DNA of 64,000 nucleotides from Ferruginibacter sp. Lineage in GTDB: Bacteria > Bacteroidota > Bacteroidia > Chitinophagales > Chitinophagaceae. This document shows, in pieces, positions 9,851 to 20,373 of the stretch. The position numbers and the translations under genes are program-made. Numbering within the stretch: position 1 is the stretch's first letter; the number at the start of each line of letters is the position of its first letter. Location: positions 9,967 through 73,966 of the forward strand of contig JAYTTI010000006.1 in assembly GCA_043745405.1 (NCBI GenBank). The letters are read 5' to 3'. The notes below the pieces were generated by a model. The model worked only from the letters and a program-made list of their open reading frames with translations. It was not told the DNA's origin and ran no database searches.

Positions 9851-10903
9851 TCATTTACAATTATCCGTTATTTGTTCATCGATGGTTTTTTTTAATTCCA
9901 AATAAAAATCCTTCTTCTCTTCATTCAGTAAACTCTTTACAAATACAATACAGGCATAACCTCTGCACTTGTCAATATAAGGCCATGTGCCAAATAAGCC
10001 GGGGCAGCTTATAACAATACTGTTTCCTTTTGCATCCTTTTCCTGTATCCACTCTCCTAAGCCATATTCAAACCCTTCTGCAACCTTGGGTGTATATTTT
10101 TTTGGAATATTGTTAGTGTGTATGGTTTGCATTTGAATTATTGCAGCTTCACTTAAAACCCGCTTACCCATAAAAGTTCCCTTTGCTAAAATCATATTTA
10201 AAAAATTCATGTAATCCCCAGCTGTAGAAACTGCTCCGCCCGATGGGTTAACCGCATTATCATCTTCAGGAGAAAAACTGCTGTACTTCATATTTAGTGG
10301 ATTAAAAATCCGTTGTTTCATTAATACCTCAAACGGCTTTTTAGAAATAATTTCCAGCACACGTGCTGCAATATTTAAACCTATGCCTCCGTAATAAAAT
10401 GCTGTACCAGGATTGTCGGCAATTTCTTTTTTTGCAAATGAATTTACTTCTTCTTCCAGTGATTCAAATTTATTACGTGCAAGCATTTTTGCAAGTGTTC
10501 TTTTGCTATCTGCAATACCCGTTTCCTGTGCCAGGCATTGTCGGATGGTGATATACGATTTACCATAAGTCTCATAAATGGGTAAATAAGTACTAATTCT
10601 TGTATCTAATGAAAGTTTGCCTTCATCAACAAAAGTCATCACTAATGCTGCTGTTAACCATTTGCTGCAACTGGCAACCGATGCTTTGGTCTTTACTGTA
10701 AAATCGCCCATCTGTTTTTGATATACTATTTTGCCATCTTTATACACCATTGCCACCAAGTCAATACCCAATTTTTTTTGATTGGCTGTCAGTAATTTGT
10801 CAACATCGGCAAAATTATATTGACTCCTGCCGGGCAGACAGAGTAGCAGTAAACCTAATGCCAGCATGAACTTTAGGCAGTTTAATTTAAACGGATACGA
10901 CAT
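9851..10903 (-). CDS. Serine hydrolase, beta-lactamase (class C-like) family
   Basis: SxxK motif (ASCSKW), LVMTFVDEGKLSLD, PGTAFYYGG, IFNPLNM; signal peptide. Confidence 0.88.
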   Translation of the reverse strand: MSYPFKLNCLKFMLALGLLLLCLPGRSQYNFADVDKLLTANQKKLGIDLVAMVYKDGKIVYQKQMGDFTVKTKASVASCSKWLTAALVMTFVDEGKLSLDTRISTYLPIYETYGKSYITIRQCLAQETGIADSKRTLAKMLARNKFESLEEEVNSFAKKEIADNPGTAFYYGGIGLNIAARVLEIISKKPFEVLMKQRIFNPLNMKYSSFSPEDDNAVNPSGGAVSTAGDYMNFLNMILAKGTFMGKRVLSEAAIIQMQTIHTNNIPKKYTPKVAEGFEYGLGEWIQEKDAKGNSIVISCPGLFGTWPYIDKCRGYACIVFVKSLLNEEKKDFYLELKKTIDEQITDNCK

Positions 10904-11106
10904 AATTACCTATATTTTAACTTGGATAAAGATTTGACTATTGTATAAAGTTATTTTAAATTAAATAACCAACAGCAGTAGTTTGTTCAGGCTGGTTGTT
11001 CTTTCACACTTTCTTAGGTTTTTTTATATGCAGGAAGTAAATTTAATTACGAATAAACAGAAAATCATTAACAAGACTTAATCACGACTAATAAAATTAT
11101 CCATAC

Positions 11107-13743
11107 ATGAATTTAAATAATTTCACCATCAAGGCACAGGAGGCCATTGCTCAATCGCAGCAATTGGCATTTAATAATAAAAACCCAAACATAGAAACAG
11201 AGCATTTACTAAAAGCTTTGTTAAGCGAACAAGATTCCCCCATTGAGTTTCTGCTGAAGAAAAACAATGTGAACGTAAATTTTGTAGAATCAAAAATTGA
11301 CGAAAGCATTAACAAACTTCCTAAAGTACAAAGCGGCGAACCCGCACAATCTGTAAGCAGGGATATGAATAGTGTTGTATTAAGGGCCACAGCCGCACTA
11401 AAAACTTTTGGCGATGAATTTGTAAGTGTGGAATATTTATTGCTGGCTGTTTTGCAGTGCAATGATAATAGTGCCAAATTATTGAACGATGCAGGGCTTA
11501 CTGAAAAGGGTTTGATTGCTGCTATAAAAGACCTAAGAAAGGGTTCCACCATTTCTTCTCAAACCGAAGAAACACAATTCAATGCATTGAATAAATATGC
11601 AAAGAATTTAAATGAAATGGCAAGGGCCGGAAAGCTGGATCCTGTTATAGGGCGTGATGAAGAAATTAGAAGAACCCTGCATATTTTATCAAGAAGAAGT
11701 AAGAACAATCCCATTTTAGTGGGTGAACCTGGCGTTGGTAAAACAGCCATCGCAGAAGGTTTGGCTATGCGTATTGTAAATGGAGATGTGCCGGAAAATT
11801 TAAAGTCAAAAATAATATTTGCATTGGATATGGGCCAGTTAATTGCCGGTGCCAAATACAAAGGTGAGTTTGAAGAAAGGTTGAAAGCTGTTGTAAAAGA
11901 AGTTGCCGGAAGCGATGGGGACATCATTTTATTTATAGATGAAATTCATACACTTGTTGGCGCAGGCGGAGGGGATGGCGCAATGGATGCAGCAAATATT
12001 TTAAAACCAGCTTTGGCAAGAGGAGAGTTAAGGGCGGTGGGTGCTACCACCCTAAGTGAATACCAAAAATTCTTTGAAAAAGACAAAGCATTGGAGCGCC
12101 GTTTTCAAAAAGTATTTATTGATGAGCCAAATGTGGAAGACGCTATTTCTATCCTGAGGGGTTTAAAAGACAGGTATGAATCTTATCACCATGTATTGAT
12201 AAAAGATGAAGCAATTATTGCTGCGGTTGAATTATCGCACAGGTATATTACCGATCGTTTTTTACCAGATAAAGCCATTGACTTAATTGATGAAAGTGCA
12301 GCAAAACTCAGGTTAGAGATGAACTCTATGCCAGAAGAATTAGACAAACTGGAAAGACAGATAAGGCAGCTGGAAATTGAAAGAGAAGCTATTAAGAGGG
12401 AGAATGATAAAGCAAAATTGAAAGAGCTTAATACAGAAATAAGCAATCTTGCTGTAGAACGTGATACTTTTAAAGCAAAGTGGCAGCAGGAAAAGGAAGT
12501 AGTCGAAAAAGTACAAACTGCAAAAACTGCAATAGATAATTTAAAAGCTGCTGCAGAAAAAGCAGAGCGTGAAGGAGATTATGGCCGGGTAGCAGAAATA
12601 AGATATGGTAAAGTGCAGGAGCAGGAAAAGATTATAAAAGAACAAACCAAACTATTGGATGGCATAAGCGAAAAGCGTTTGCTAAAGGAAGAAGTTGATG
12701 CGGAAGATATTGCAGCGAGTATTGCCAAAGCTACCGGCATCCCGGTATCAAAAATGTTACAAAGTGAAAAGGAAAAGTTGCTGAACCTTGAAGTAGAGTT
12801 GCATAAAAGAGTTGTGGGGCAGGATGAAGCAATAGAAGCCGTAAGTGATGCAATACGCAGAAGCAGGGCTGGTTTGCAAGACCCCAAGAAACCGATTGGT
12901 TCATTTATATTTTTGGGTACAACAGGCGTGGGCAAAACAGAATTGGCAAAAGCACTGGCCAATTATTTGTTTGATGATGATAGTATGATGACGAGGATTG
13001 ATATGAGTGAATACCAGGAAAAACATTCTGTCAGCAGGTTAGTAGGTGCACCTCCCGGTTATGTAGGTTACGATGAAGGAGGTCAATTAACAGAAGCGGT
13101 AAGACGCAAGCCGTATAGCGTAGTTTTATTGGATGAAATTGAAAAAGCGCATCCGGATGTTTATAATGTGTTGTTACAGGTATTGGACGATGGCCGACTT
13201 ACTGATAATAAAGGAAGGGTGGTGAATTTTAAAAATACCATCATTATTATGACAAGTAATATGGGTAGCAATATTATTCAGGAAAATTTTGAAAAGATAA
13301 GTGATGAAAATAAAGAAGGAGTAGTTGAAAGTACCAAGGCAGAAGTAATGAATTTGTTAAGGCAAACCATACGGCCGGAATTTTTAAACAGGATAGATGA
13401 AGTGATAATGTTTCAGCCATTGATGAAGAAGGAGATAAAAGGAATTATTACCATACAATTGGATATACTGAAAAACTTGGTTGCCAAAAGCGGGATACAA
13501 CTTGAATTTAGTGATTATGCCCTGGATTACCTTGCTGAGAATGGTTACGATCCTCAATTTGGGGCAAGGCCATTAAAAAGGCTTATTCAAAAAGAAATTG
13601 TTAACCAGTTTAGCAAAAGGATATTGGCCGGGGACATCGACAAAACAAAACCGGTTTTAGTAGATGTTTTTGATGGGGTAGTAGTTTTTAGAAATGAGGC
13701 CGTTACCGAAAAGACCAAAGAAAATAAAGTTAAAGCTGGTTAA
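11107..13743 (+). CDS. clpB: ATP-dependent chaperone ClpB
   Basis: Two AAA+ domains ([16 protein letters not shown]), long coiled-coil middle domain, GARPLKR. Confidence 0.97.
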   Translation: MNLNNFTIKAQEAIAQSQQLAFNNKNPNIETEHLLKALLSEQDSPIEFLLKKNNVNVNFVESKIDESINKLPKVQSGEPAQSVSRDMNSVVLRATAALKTFGDEFVSVEYLLLAVLQCNDNSAKLLNDAGLTEKGLIAAIKDLRKGSTISSQTEETQFNALNKYAKNLNEMARAGKLDPVIGRDEEIRRTLHILSRRSKNNPILVGEPGVGKTAIAEGLAMRIVNGDVPENLKSKIIFALDMGQLIAGAKYKGEFEERLKAVVKEVAGSDGDIILFIDEIHTLVGAGGGDGAMDAANILKPALARGELRAVGATTLSEYQKFFEKDKALERRFQKVFIDEPNVEDAISILRGLKDRYESYHHVLIKDEAIIAAVELSHRYITDRFLPDKAIDLIDESAAKLRLEMNSMPEELDKLERQIRQLEIEREAIKRENDKAKLKELNTEISNLAVERDTFKAKWQQEKEVVEKVQTAKTAIDNLKAAAEKAEREGDYGRVAEIRYGKVQEQEKIIKEQTKLLDGISEKRLLKEEVDAEDIAASIAKATGIPVSKMLQSEKEKLLNLEVELHKRVVGQDEAIEAVSDAIRRSRAGLQDPKKPIGSFIFLGTTGVGKTELAKALANYLFDDDSMMTRIDMSEYQEKHSVSRLVGAPPGYVGYDEGGQLTEAVRRKPYSVVLLDEIEKAHPDVYNVLLQVLDDGRLTDNKGRVVNFKNTIIIMTSNMGSNIIQENFEKISDENKEGVVESTKAEVMNLLRQTIRPEFLNRIDEVIMFQPLMKKEIKGIITIQLDILKNLVAKSGIQLEFSDYALDYLAENGYDPQFGARPLKRLIQKEIVNQFSKRILAGDIDKTKPVLVDVFDGVVVFRNEAVTEKTKENKVKAG

Positions 13744-13992
13744 ATAAAAGTTATTAGTAAAAAAAATTAAAATATAAGTACTTGGTTATCAGTATTGTGG
13801 ATAAACTGTTAGGGAATTATATTTAGATGGTAGTGAAAAAAAGGTAAAAAATATTACCTTCAAGCCCTTACCCAATCTATATAACAGGTGTTTATATAAA
13901 AAATAGAACAAATTACCTGTTAAAGTGTTTTTATTATTACATGTTGTAAACTGGGTAATTAGGGGTTACAACATACAAATAAATTATATATT

Positions 13993-14562
13993 ATGGCATT
14001 CAAAAAAGAAGTGGTTGAAATTATTGAACCGAGGGATGTATTTGTTGGAAACATTAATGCACCCGTAACATTAGAAGAATTTGGCGAGTATGAAAGTGAG
14101 GTTTGTGCAAAAGCTAACGAAGTAGTAAAACAGCTGTTGGTAGAATATGAAGGAAAAATGCGTTTTAATTTCAGGCATTTTCCAATGACAAACATACACC
14201 AACGTAGTTTAAAAGCAGGAGAAGCTTCAGTAGCTACTGCTCAGGATGGCAAATTCTGGGAAATGCACAATATCCTTTTTGCCAATCGCAGAAATCTTGG
14301 TACAACCAGTTTAAAACTGCATAGCAGGGAAGCTGGCGTACAAAACAAGCGTTTTTTAGATGAACTGGTAAATGCTACTTATGGCTGGCAGGTTCAGGGC
14401 GATATGCGTGAAGGTATTAACCGTGGAGTAAAAGATGTTCCTACTTTTTTCGTAAACGGGGAGCGTTTTACCGGTAAGGTAACCTACGATGAATTAAGTA
14501 AAGCTGTAGAAGCGGCATTAAAAAAAGTTAAGAAAAAAGCACCTGCAAAAGCAAAAGCATAA
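13993..14562 (+). CDS. DsbA/thioredoxin-fold protein with SxxC instead of CxxC
   Basis: GNINAPVTLEEFGEYESEVC, FRHFP, GKFWEMH, GVKDVPTFFVNG. Confidence 0.85.
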   Translation: MAFKKEVVEIIEPRDVFVGNINAPVTLEEFGEYESEVCAKANEVVKQLLVEYEGKMRFNFRHFPMTNIHQRSLKAGEASVATAQDGKFWEMHNILFANRRNLGTTSLKLHSREAGVQNKRFLDELVNATYGWQVQGDMREGINRGVKDVPTFFVNGERFTGKVTYDELSKAVEAALKKVKKKAPAKAKA

Positions 14563-14602
14563 ATTAAAAGACCCCGATAATTTTATCGGGGTCTTTTAAT
14601 TT
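14561..14602. terminator. Bidirectional intrinsic terminator
   Basis: Perfect inverted repeat AAATTAAAAGACCCCGATAA-TT-TTATCGGGGTCTTTTAATTT between convergent genes. Confidence 0.9.
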
Positions 14603-14616
14603 AAAAAATAACTATC

Positions 14617-15615
14617 TTATTTTATGGTGCTTTTGCCAATTACTAAATTTTCCAGGTTTTGTTCTCCAAAATAAACCTTGCAGATACTTGAAGCTTCTTT
14701 AAGTAACTCCTCTATTTTTGGTTGTTTGTTTCCCAATAAACTATAGGCTTTTTTTGCAGCATCGGCTTCTGTTGATTTAGTTGTTTGCAGTACTGCTTCT
14801 TTAACAGCAATGGCATGTAAGCCTTTGTCTTTTATTTTACCTAATGCTGCAATCATCCAGCTAAGTGAATAGAAGTAGTTTTGTTCAAGCAATAAAAAAT
14901 ACCTGTTATCGCCAGCATCGGGCATTTTGTTGAATACAGAGCCCGTTATTTCTTTAGTAAGGTATTTTGCCAGATGTTTTGGCGTGGTTTTATTTTTACT
15001 AAGCTGTATACAGCCCAGTAATGCTTGTGGATAAATACTCAACCAGCGCAGCTTACGCCTTAGTTCATGTACATCGGCTTCAACATTATCAAAATGAAAT
15101 GCATCGGTTTGTATAAATTCGGTTATATCGTAAATAGCTTCCCCATAAAATTCATTGATTGCTTTTATCTCTTCTTTTTCATGAAGCCAGTCTGCCTCAT
15201 TTAATTTGCCCTGTACTTTTTTAATACGGCTGTTATCGGGTGATATCCATTTTTTTTCAACCAGTATTTCATTAAGGCTTTGTATTTTTTCCCTTGTTTG
15301 TGCCAGTAAATAGCTGGTAATTTCAGCTGGTATTTTATTAATGGTACTAACATCTTTTGCGATATTATCATAATAATCTATGGCGCCGATTGTATCTTCC
15401 AGTAATTTAAACTGGTCTTTCAGTTTGGTAAATTTATTTTTATTATGAATTTGTGCGTACATTTTGCACAAGGCCTCCAGCATAAATAAAGTGGTACGGG
15501 CATCATTTTTATACAACCATAATGCCGGGTTTTTTTGTTGAGCTGCTTTATTTAGCAGCACTTGCAGCTTATTAAGGTAATAAACAAATCTTACCGGTCC
15601 ATTTATCATTTGCAT
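14617..15615 (-). CDS. CHAD-like all-helical protein
   Basis: DVHELRRKLRWL and LEDTIGAIDYYD / LGKIKD motifs resemble CHAD (polyphosphate-binding) helices. Confidence 0.55.
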   Translation of the reverse strand: MQMINGPVRFVYYLNKLQVLLNKAAQQKNPALWLYKNDARTTLFMLEALCKMYAQIHNKNKFTKLKDQFKLLEDTIGAIDYYDNIAKDVSTINKIPAEITSYLLAQTREKIQSLNEILVEKKWISPDNSRIKKVQGKLNEADWLHEKEEIKAINEFYGEAIYDITEFIQTDAFHFDNVEADVHELRRKLRWLSIYPQALLGCIQLSKNKTTPKHLAKYLTKEITGSVFNKMPDAGDNRYFLLLEQNYFYSLSWMIAALGKIKDKGLHAIAVKEAVLQTTKSTEADAAKKAYSLLGNKQPKIEELLKEASSICKVYFGEQNLENLVIGKSTIK

Positions 15616-15734
15616 ATTTTAAAAGATTAAAGTAACAAGTAGTAAAAAGTTTAAATTTAAAAAGGAAGTTTCATCCGTGACCAGATTACCCGGATAGTAG
15701 ATGGTCAATTATTCACCATTGACCATTCACCACT

Positions 15735-16925
15735 TTACCGCTCAAAAAAAGCCACGCTGCCACCTACCCAGTTTTTATCTTTGTTATACCGGGTGCCAAT
15801 CATTTTACCTTTACTTAACCTTGATAAATTGTGCACTGCTATTGGCCGGGGCCAGTCTTTTTTCCAAAAATAAAATAGCCTTATCTCTCCCTTAGCGGGA
15901 ATATCGGGTGTTTCAATTACATCGGCATATTTTACCTTTCGTTGCAATATCCAGTTTTCCGGATCGGTAACAGCATCAATATCTTTTTTTGTAACATCAA
16001 TAATTACGCCCATGCCCGCAAAAGAAAACAATGGCTTTAATACATAATTTTCCAGCTTAGCAGGCAGCTCTTTTAATTCATTTAAATAAAATGTTGGTGG
16101 TACATAAGGATTGTCAATTAGCGGCAAAGTGTATTTGCTAATGCGGTAAAACCAGTTGGGGTGGGGTATCCATTCAACATCCCATGGATGGGTAATATCA
16201 ATGATATTGCCCAGGTCTTTTTGCTGATGAAGGTCATCAAAAATAAGCCGGTTATAGATTTTTTTTATGAGTATTTTTTCTCGATTATTTTCATAAAATA
16301 GTTGATTGCCTTCGCCAATCAATTTAGTAAGGCAAACAGTTTTTATACCCAGTGTATCTTCTGTACAGTAAAAATCTATCCTTGTTTTTTGCTGCTCCGG
16401 ATATATTTCCAACAGGATAACATTTTCCGGATTGGCATCACCCACAATTATTTCTTTTAATAATTGCAGGTAGCTGGCTTCTGTATACCCATTTAAATAA
16501 GCATCGTAGTTAGCGGGTACATTGGCATACCTTCTTGTAATAGCCGTATGAAAAGCCTGAAATGCAAACAGGGTTGGGAATCCCTGCATTTCTATTAATT
16601 GCGGCTCCAGTAAGCCATTTAGGTTTTCGCAAATACCAAAATCAAATGCAATAAATTCTGCATGGTCTTTTTCCGGAGCAACGATGCTACCCGGTGGTAT
16701 TGATTTTTTTGTGAGTGTTTTAAAATCCGGAGCTACTAAAATGTCGATAATGTCTTCACAGGCATCTAGCATTTTTTGTGTAAAATCTTTTGGGATAAAA
16801 ATGGGCGTTTCGGCAATCCTGAAATCCAGCGTTCCTGGATGAAGATTTTCTAACTCATGTATATATGCTGCATATTTTTCTTCCGAAAAACCTTTATTAA
16901 ATGTGGCCCTTAATTCTTTTTGCAT
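15735..16925 (-). CDS. Circularly permuted / glutathionylspermidine-synthase-like ATP-grasp amide ligase
   Basis: AFDFGI...PQLIEMQGFP lies N-terminal to YVLKPLFSFAGMGV and WILQRKV, the permuted ATP-grasp motif order. Confidence 0.7.
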   Translation of the reverse strand: MQKELRATFNKGFSEEKYAAYIHELENLHPGTLDFRIAETPIFIPKDFTQKMLDACEDIIDILVAPDFKTLTKKSIPPGSIVAPEKDHAEFIAFDFGICENLNGLLEPQLIEMQGFPTLFAFQAFHTAITRRYANVPANYDAYLNGYTEASYLQLLKEIIVGDANPENVILLEIYPEQQKTRIDFYCTEDTLGIKTVCLTKLIGEGNQLFYENNREKILIKKIYNRLIFDDLHQQKDLGNIIDITHPWDVEWIPHPNWFYRISKYTLPLIDNPYVPPTFYLNELKELPAKLENYVLKPLFSFAGMGVIIDVTKKDIDAVTDPENWILQRKVKYADVIETPDIPAKGEIRLFYFWKKDWPRPIAVHNLSRLSKGKMIGTRYNKDKNWVGGSVAFFER

Positions 16926-17002
16926 AATAGATTGTGATTAATGGTATTACGGGGATTAAAAATAATCATAATAATCATACTATGCAATCAATAAAAACAG
17001 CA

Positions 17003-17848
17003 TTATATTTCTACAGCCTGCAAACTTTGCACAGAAAGTTGTAAAAACTTAGGCAGAATATGTTGGTAGGTAAATATGATTTTATCAGGATCATTCAATT
17101 GCTCAATCATGCTGACCCATTTTTCTTCGCCATAATTTTCAATAACAGTTTTCTTTTTTTCTGCAGTCTGAAGGTGCATACTCATCCCAACAGCATCAGC
17201 TTCGGGATGAAACTGTGTACCAATCATATATTCATTAAAACGCACGGCCATAATTGCTCTTTCCAATTGAACATGTGGGCGTTCCTTTTCGATAGCCAAA
17301 ATAACAGCACCCATTTCCATTAAATTATTATGCCTTGGTTCAATAACCTGGTAGTCCCTGCTGTCTACTGCATAAAATGGGTCTTTCATCCCTTCAAAAA
17401 CTATTTCTTTTTTTCCATCTTTTAGTAAGTGAATGGGAAAAACGCCGAATGCCGTACTTTTTCTTTCGCATACGGTACCAATATTATAATGCCTGCAGGC
17501 AAGCTGAAAAGAATGACATATAAAAAATACATATTTTTTTTGCACATTGGCTTCGCTGTTGTTCCATTTTTCTATCTTATGGAGCCAATTGAAATAAACC
17601 TTTTCCCATTCGCAGCCCTTACTGTCTAAAGGGCTTCCCGGGCCACCGCTGGAGATAAAAATATCATACGAAAGATCGGGCACTTCATTTTTCTGGCGCA
17701 CATCAAATTCATCCCATGAAACATTGATGTTATTTGTTTCGCCAAACTGATTTAGTATTTCCCTGATGCAGCGCATTCCCTGGTTAGCGAAGCCCTCGTA
17801 TAAATCAAGAATTGCAATTTGGATTTTATTTTTTTCGATAAAGGACAT
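17003..17848 (-). CDS. Class I glutamine amidotransferase-like protein
   Basis: SSGGPGSP, nucleophile FICHSFQ, QFHPEAD (Cys-His-Glu triad). Confidence 0.9.
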   Translation of the reverse strand: MSFIEKNKIQIAILDLYEGFANQGMRCIREILNQFGETNNINVSWDEFDVRQKNEVPDLSYDIFISSGGPGSPLDSKGCEWEKVYFNWLHKIEKWNNSEANVQKKYVFFICHSFQLACRHYNIGTVCERKSTAFGVFPIHLLKDGKKEIVFEGMKDPFYAVDSRDYQVIEPRHNNLMEMGAVILAIEKERPHVQLERAIMAVRFNEYMIGTQFHPEADAVGMSMHLQTAEKKKTVIENYGEEKWVSMIEQLNDPDKIIFTYQHILPKFLQLSVQSLQAVEI

Positions 17849-17897
17849 ACTGCAAAAATAATAATTTTATTTGAGATTGATTTTCGTGTACGGGCTG

Positions 17898-19010
17898 TTA
17901 TATGCCTGTTAAAAAATTGCCATGTATATAATCAACTACATCAACAAGGCTATTAGTTTGTTCATATACTTTTAATTGCCTGTCGGCACCCGTGCCTTGT
18001 TCCAGCATATTGTGTACATAATTAACGGCATGGCGGCTACCTAATTGCGGAACCACGTCATCTATAAAATCCAGTAACTCATAAATAAGTACCCTTGTAT
18101 TCACTTCTGTTTCTTTACCAAAATCTATCATACTGCCGTCGATACCATACCTGCTGGCACGCCATTTATTTTCGTTTATTAATGCCCGTGAGTAGGTCAT
18201 AAAATTAAGGTTTTGGCTGCGCAGCTTATACAGCTTTGCACACAATGCCTGAAAAAGTGCAGCAATGGCAATGGTTTCCTGCACCGTCATGGGTATATCG
18301 CAAATACGGAATTCAACGGTATTAAAAAACGGATGCACCCGAAGGTCCCACCATATTTTTTTTGCATTGTCTATGCAATTGGTCTTTACCAGTAATTTTA
18401 CATAATTCTCATATGCTTCGATGCTTTCAAAATAATCGGGTATACCTGTACGGGGAAATTTATCAAATACTTTTGTACGAAAAGATTTATAGCCTGTTGT
18501 CCGGCCTTCCCAAAAAGGAGAGTTGGTACTTAATGCATACACATGTGGCAAAAAATAGCGGGCCGAATTAGCGATGTGAATGGCCATCTCCCGGTTTTCC
18601 ATACCAACGTGTACATGCAATCCAAAAATAAGGTTGCTTCTTGCAGCCTCCTGCAATTCGTTTACTATCTCACTATACCTTACATGGTCTGTTATCAACT
18701 GGCTTTCCCAGTGGCTAAAAGGGTGTGTACCCGCAGCACCTAATTTTAAACCTAAACTTTCACCGATACCGCTGATGGTTTTACGTAATGTTGAAACATC
18801 CATAAATGCTTCATCAATATCCTGGCAAATATCGGTACCAACTTCTACCACAGCCTGGTGCATCTCTGCTTTAACTTTGTCTTTAATAAGTTTTTGGCCT
18901 TCATGAACAATTTTTTGCTCATGGCTTTTTAGTTCCCTTGTCACAGGATCAATTACCATGTATTCTTCTTCTACACCAATTGTAAAACCTTTGTATGATA
19001 AGTTGGCCAT
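17898..19010 (-). CDS. Carboxylate-amine ligase (YbdK / GCS2 glutamate-cysteine ligase family)
   Basis: TIGVEEEY, GTHPFSHW, GLHVHVG, NSPFW, WWDLRVHP, TVEFRICD. Confidence 0.93.
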   Translation of the reverse strand: MANLSYKGFTIGVEEEYMVIDPVTRELKSHEQKIVHEGQKLIKDKVKAEMHQAVVEVGTDICQDIDEAFMDVSTLRKTISGIGESLGLKLGAAGTHPFSHWESQLITDHVRYSEIVNELQEAARSNLIFGLHVHVGMENREMAIHIANSARYFLPHVYALSTNSPFWEGRTTGYKSFRTKVFDKFPRTGIPDYFESIEAYENYVKLLVKTNCIDNAKKIWWDLRVHPFFNTVEFRICDIPMTVQETIAIAALFQALCAKLYKLRSQNLNFMTYSRALINENKWRASRYGIDGSMIDFGKETEVNTRVLIYELLDFIDDVVPQLGSRHAVNYVHNMLEQGTGADRQLKVYEQTNSLVDVVDYIHGNFLTGI

Positions 19011-19046
19011 TTTAATTTAATTGATAATTAATAATTGATAAAAAGC

Positions 19047-19234
19047 AATGGATAATTGTTTAATGGATAATTGATAAATTTTAAATTCAGGGTGTTTGTT
19101 CTTTTTCGAAATACCTTTTTTTTGGATTATTTTTTAATGATAAATAACTCTATCGCCTGATAATTCAGATAGATAAAATTATAAGACTTTTCGAATTAGG
19201 CCATTATCCATTATCAATTAAACAATTATCAATT
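19047..19234. repeat. 31-bp imperfect inverted repeat built from 7-nt units, enclosing a decayed ORF
   Basis: 19047-19077 AATGGATAATTGTTTAATGGATAATTGATAA vs reverse complement of 19204-19234 AATTGATAATTGTTTAATTGATAATGGATAA (3 mismatches). Confidence 0.8.
19125..19211 (-). pseudogene. Remnant N-terminus of a four-helix-bundle (TIGR02436-like) protein
   Basis: With two frameshifts the minus strand reads MDNGLI/EKSYNF/SI*IIRR*SYLS, resembling the family N-terminus (..EKSY.FA.RI.KLY.YL). Confidence 0.55.
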
Positions 19235-19246
19235 AAAACATATCCA

Positions 19247-20200
19247 TCAATAAAGCTTTTGTTTTGCGGCGCTTCTTTTTATATACTCACCCCAGGTTAA
19301 ATTATCTTCTCCCTCTTTATGCTCTAAAGCTTTTTCTATGGTGTATGTTGCAGCAGTTTCAACTACCCATTCAAAATTTTCTTCACCCACACTTCCTCTT
19401 TCCGCATCAGGTGCAGGATTACAAAAATCAATTGCATAAGGTATCCCATCTTTTAATGCCAACTCTACAGTATTAAAATCGTATCCCAGGTAATGATTTA
19501 TACGCAACACTATATCTGTCATCATTTTTAATTTTTCTTCACTAGGTTTAAAGTCGGCTACATACCGTAAAGCATGCGGGTTGCGGGGTTCGTAGCTCAT
19601 TATGCGTACATATTTTCCGCCAATGCAATAACAGCGGTAATACTCTTCAAAAATTATTTCTTCCTGTAGCATCATTACCAGTTCACCAGTTTCACCATGC
19701 TTTTCAAAAAAATCATTTTTATCAGTTAATTTATAAACACTCTTCCAGCCACCGCCAGCAAAGGGTTTCATATAAGCCGGAAATCCTACATAATTAAAAA
19801 TACTTTCCCAATCTAATGGATATACAAGGTTGCTGAAAGATTCCCCTGTCGTATCAACGGGCAAGTCTCTTGAAGGGAGAATAACTGTTTTGGGTACAGG
19901 GACATTTATTTTTGTAGATAAACAATTATTAAAAAATTTTTCGTCAGCACTCCACCAAAAAGGGTTGTTGATTACAGCCGTACCACATAAGGCAGCATTT
20001 TTTAAAACGGCCCTGTAAAAAGGAATATCCTGCGATATACGATCTATTATTACAGCATAACCGTTGCTTACACCCTGCATTACTTTATCAATTTTTACCG
20101 GCTCTGCAATAATGCCTTCTATATTTTTGCTATTTACTCTTTGTAAAAATGCTTCGGGAAAACTTCTTTCTTTGCCGTGTAAAATTCCAATTTTTTTCAT
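19247..20200 (-). CDS. RimK-like ATP-grasp ligase
   Basis: VIIDRIS, VINNPFWWSADEKF, PAYMKPFAGGGW, LQEEI, VELAL...AIDFCNPAPD. Confidence 0.88.
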   Translation of the reverse strand: MKKIGILHGKERSFPEAFLQRVNSKNIEGIIAEPVKIDKVMQGVSNGYAVIIDRISQDIPFYRAVLKNAALCGTAVINNPFWWSADEKFFNNCLSTKINVPVPKTVILPSRDLPVDTTGESFSNLVYPLDWESIFNYVGFPAYMKPFAGGGWKSVYKLTDKNDFFEKHGETGELVMMLQEEIIFEEYYRCYCIGGKYVRIMSYEPRNPHALRYVADFKPSEEKLKMMTDIVLRINHYLGYDFNTVELALKDGIPYAIDFCNPAPDAERGSVGEENFEWVVETAATYTIEKALEHKEGEDNLTWGEYIKRSAAKQKLY

Positions 20201-20373
20201 AATTGTATGTTTTATAAGAGAGTGATTGATTAAAAATATTGTTTGGCAGAAATACGCATTATCGAATGTATTTTTTTCGTTTCAATTTTCCAAATAATAC
20301 TTGCGCTGCTTTTAAAAGAACAAAAGATACGCTAACTAAAAAACTTTCCTTCTCTTTGCTTATTTTTGGTGCT

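Noticed and set aside
9851-10903. Antibiotic-resistance beta-lactamase
   Set aside because: Has SxxK but lacks clear AmpC-type YxN and KTG motifs; more likely a generic serine hydrolase/esterase
11151-12962. Long antisense ORFs opposite clpB (and similar ones opposite ffh, hisS, nuoF and others)
   Set aside because: Shadow ORFs from codon bias of the conserved gene on the other strand; no recognisable motifs
13796-13804. Perfect DnaA box (TGTGGATAA) in the AT-rich clpB-dsbA gap; possible oriC
   Set aside because: Only one clear box and no cluster or other origin context; a single 9-mer can occur by chance
14561-14602. Long perfect palindrome as a MITE/REP element
   Set aside because: Single copy between convergent genes with A/T tails; fully explained as a bidirectional terminator
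16926-17002. Degenerate 9-nt repeats (GATTAATGG.../TAATCATAA) as another insertion scar
   Set aside because: Too short and degenerate, with no coding remnant; cannot be separated from AT-rich background
19011-19246. CRISPR-like repeats
   Set aside because: The repeats are 7-nt tandem units in inverted arms, with no constant repeat/unique spacer structure and no cas genes
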